In this document: piece by piece, positions 62,586 to 64,000 of the stretch | Numbering within the stretch: the stretch's first letter is position 1 | Layout: each line of letters starts with the position of its first letter | NCBI RefSeq assembly: GCF_036971445.1 | Contig: NC_091473.1 | Location: 255,316,001-255,380,000, forward strand | Length of the DNA: 64,000 nt | Direction: 5' to 3' | Source of the DNA: Narcine bancroftii | Taxonomy: Eukaryota | The notes under the pieces: model-generated | The model's database searches: none | What the model was told of the DNA's origin: nothing | The model's input: only the letters and a program-made list of their open reading frames with translations | Translations under genes and position numbers: made by a program

Positions 62586-62741
62586 ATGAAGTTAAGTCTA
62601 TTGATATTTGTCCTCACCTTGATGAAGGGTTCAAGCCCAAAACGTCTATCTTTGCCATATAGAGTAGATTGTTTGACCAGCTGATTTTCCCCAGCAATGT
62701 GTTTTTACGACAAGTATTGACAGTCGATTTAAAAACGCCAG

Positions 62742-62747
62742 TTTATT
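62742..62747 (-). terminator. Polyadenylation signal of G0S2
   Basis: AATAAA on the minus strand about 180 nt after the stop codon. Confidence 0.65.
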
Positions 62748-62927
62748 GAATGTGAAAATATACATGTACCAGTATAAAACGCATTTCCAGGAGACCAGGG
62801 TGGGGGTAACAAAACAACTGCTGCTCAGCAGCAGACAACAGACCCACAGGAGGACCCCATGCTGGGGTTCCAACAGATCATGGACTCAGTCATTGGGACC
62901 GCCCTGCGGCCCCACACGCTGCCTCTG

Positions 62928-63203
62928 TCAGGAGGCATGTTTCCGCTGCCATCTTGGGCTCTGCGCTTCCTTCCCGGCCGGCTGCCGCAGCTGCTTCTGC
63001 CGAGCGAGGACCGAGCAGACTCTCGGTGGCTGCTCCCCTTTCTCGCTCGACGTGAATGGGTAGCACATCGTCTCCATCAGCCCCAGCACCACCCCGAAGA
63101 ATGTCAGCACCGTGCCCACCGCATAAATCTTCAACATCTTCCTGTTGGGTCGCTGGCTCAGCATCTCCCGAGCAAAGGGGATCAACTCGCTCACCGTCTC
63201 CAT
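62928..63203 (-). CDS. G0S2: G0/G1 switch protein 2 (ATGL inhibitor), 91 aa
   Basis: METVSELIPFAREMLSQRPNRKMLKIYAVGTVLTFFGVVLGLMETMCYPF...RKHAS matches G0S2; acceptor ttttgttgtag| at 63211-63212, 7 nt before the ATG. Confidence 0.95.
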   Translation of the reverse strand: METVSELIPFAREMLSQRPNRKMLKIYAVGTVLTFFGVVLGLMETMCYPFTSSEKGEQPPRVCSVLARQKQLRQPAGKEAQSPRWQRKHAS

Positions 63204-63719
63204 CTCGCTCCTACAACAAAAGCACGGATACTGATAATCCCTGAACACCACAACTTCCCCAGGGTAGTTCAAGGTGACAGGGGATTGGACTGCTCTGGAG
63301 GGCCATGGACTGGGGGACAAGGCAGAAGAATGGTTCAGCACAGACTATGTTCTATAGGAAAGGCCAGAGGGCAGTGGAAGAAGGGACAATCACAGCATTG
63401 GACTGGTATATGCAATAGGAAAGGTTTTGTTCCAGTCTTGCAAGCATGGACTTTGGGCCTAAGGGCCTGCTTCCCTCCATTCTATTTCTCCCATCAACTT
63501 CCCCCGCGTTCCACATCAATGGCCCATTAACGTACACTCTGGGAGGTGGTTGCTAACCGGAACAGTCAGGGAGACCCACGGGGAGAACGTGCAAACTCCA
63601 CACAGACAGTGCCTGCGGTCGGGATCGAGCCCGGGGCTCCGATGAAGCTGTAAACTCCTCCAGCAGGATGCAGGAGGCCCGGAGCGGGTGCTGAGCAGGG
63701 GAAGGGAGGGAGGGGCACA

Positions 63720-64000
63720 CGTAGGGGACATGGGCAGGGGAGACAGGCAGAGAGGTCATGGGCAGGGAGGGGACGAGTAGGAGACATGTGCAGGGGAGAC
63801 AGGCAGAGAGGTCATGGGCAGAGAGGGGACGGGTAGGGGACATGGGCAGGGGAGACAGGCAGAGAAGTTATGGGCAGGGAGGGGACGGGTAGGGGACATG
63901 GGCAAGGGAGACAGGCAGAGAGGTCATGGGCAGGGAGGGGACGAGTAGGGGAAATGGGCAGGGGAGACGGGCAGAGAGGTCATGGGCAGAGAGGGGACGG
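63720..64000. repeat. G-rich minisatellite, about 56-bp unit, running off the window
   Basis: gtaggggacatgggcaggggagacaggcagagaggtcatgggcagRgaggggacgR repeated about 5 times. Confidence 0.92.

Noticed and set aside
62859-63530. 223-aa plus-strand ORF
   Set aside because: Antisense shadow of GC-rich G0S2; no recognisable domain.

Overview
Vertebrate genomic DNA. The repeat content (CR1, Rex1/Babar, Penelope-like, Tx1/L1, RTE, tRNA-derived SINEs) suggests a cartilaginous fish, probably a ray; this is inference. The window is the orthologous block of human 1q32.2: C1orf74 (+, one coding exon, CpG-rich promoter flanked by two minisatellites), TRAF3IP3 (-, 15 coding exons reconstructed by hand, 572 aa) and G0S2 (-, 91 aa). 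The most striking signal is at the left end: three phase-compatible + strand exons (2280-2304, 5031-5126, 7740-7927). The first has the 25-nt size, phases and FWxxY motif of the aromatic-stack exon of vitamin K-dependent Gla proteins, but it is followed by a coiled-coil-like C-terminus with N-glycosylation sequons rather than EGF, kringle or protease domains. It is a candidate undescribed Gla protein whose 5' exons lie left of the window. Also notable are a TSD-flanked Gypsy element with a palindromic, triplicated LTR (56513-57481) and no visible HSD11B1 between G0S2 and TRAF3IP3. Most short ORFs in the supplied track derive from repeats.
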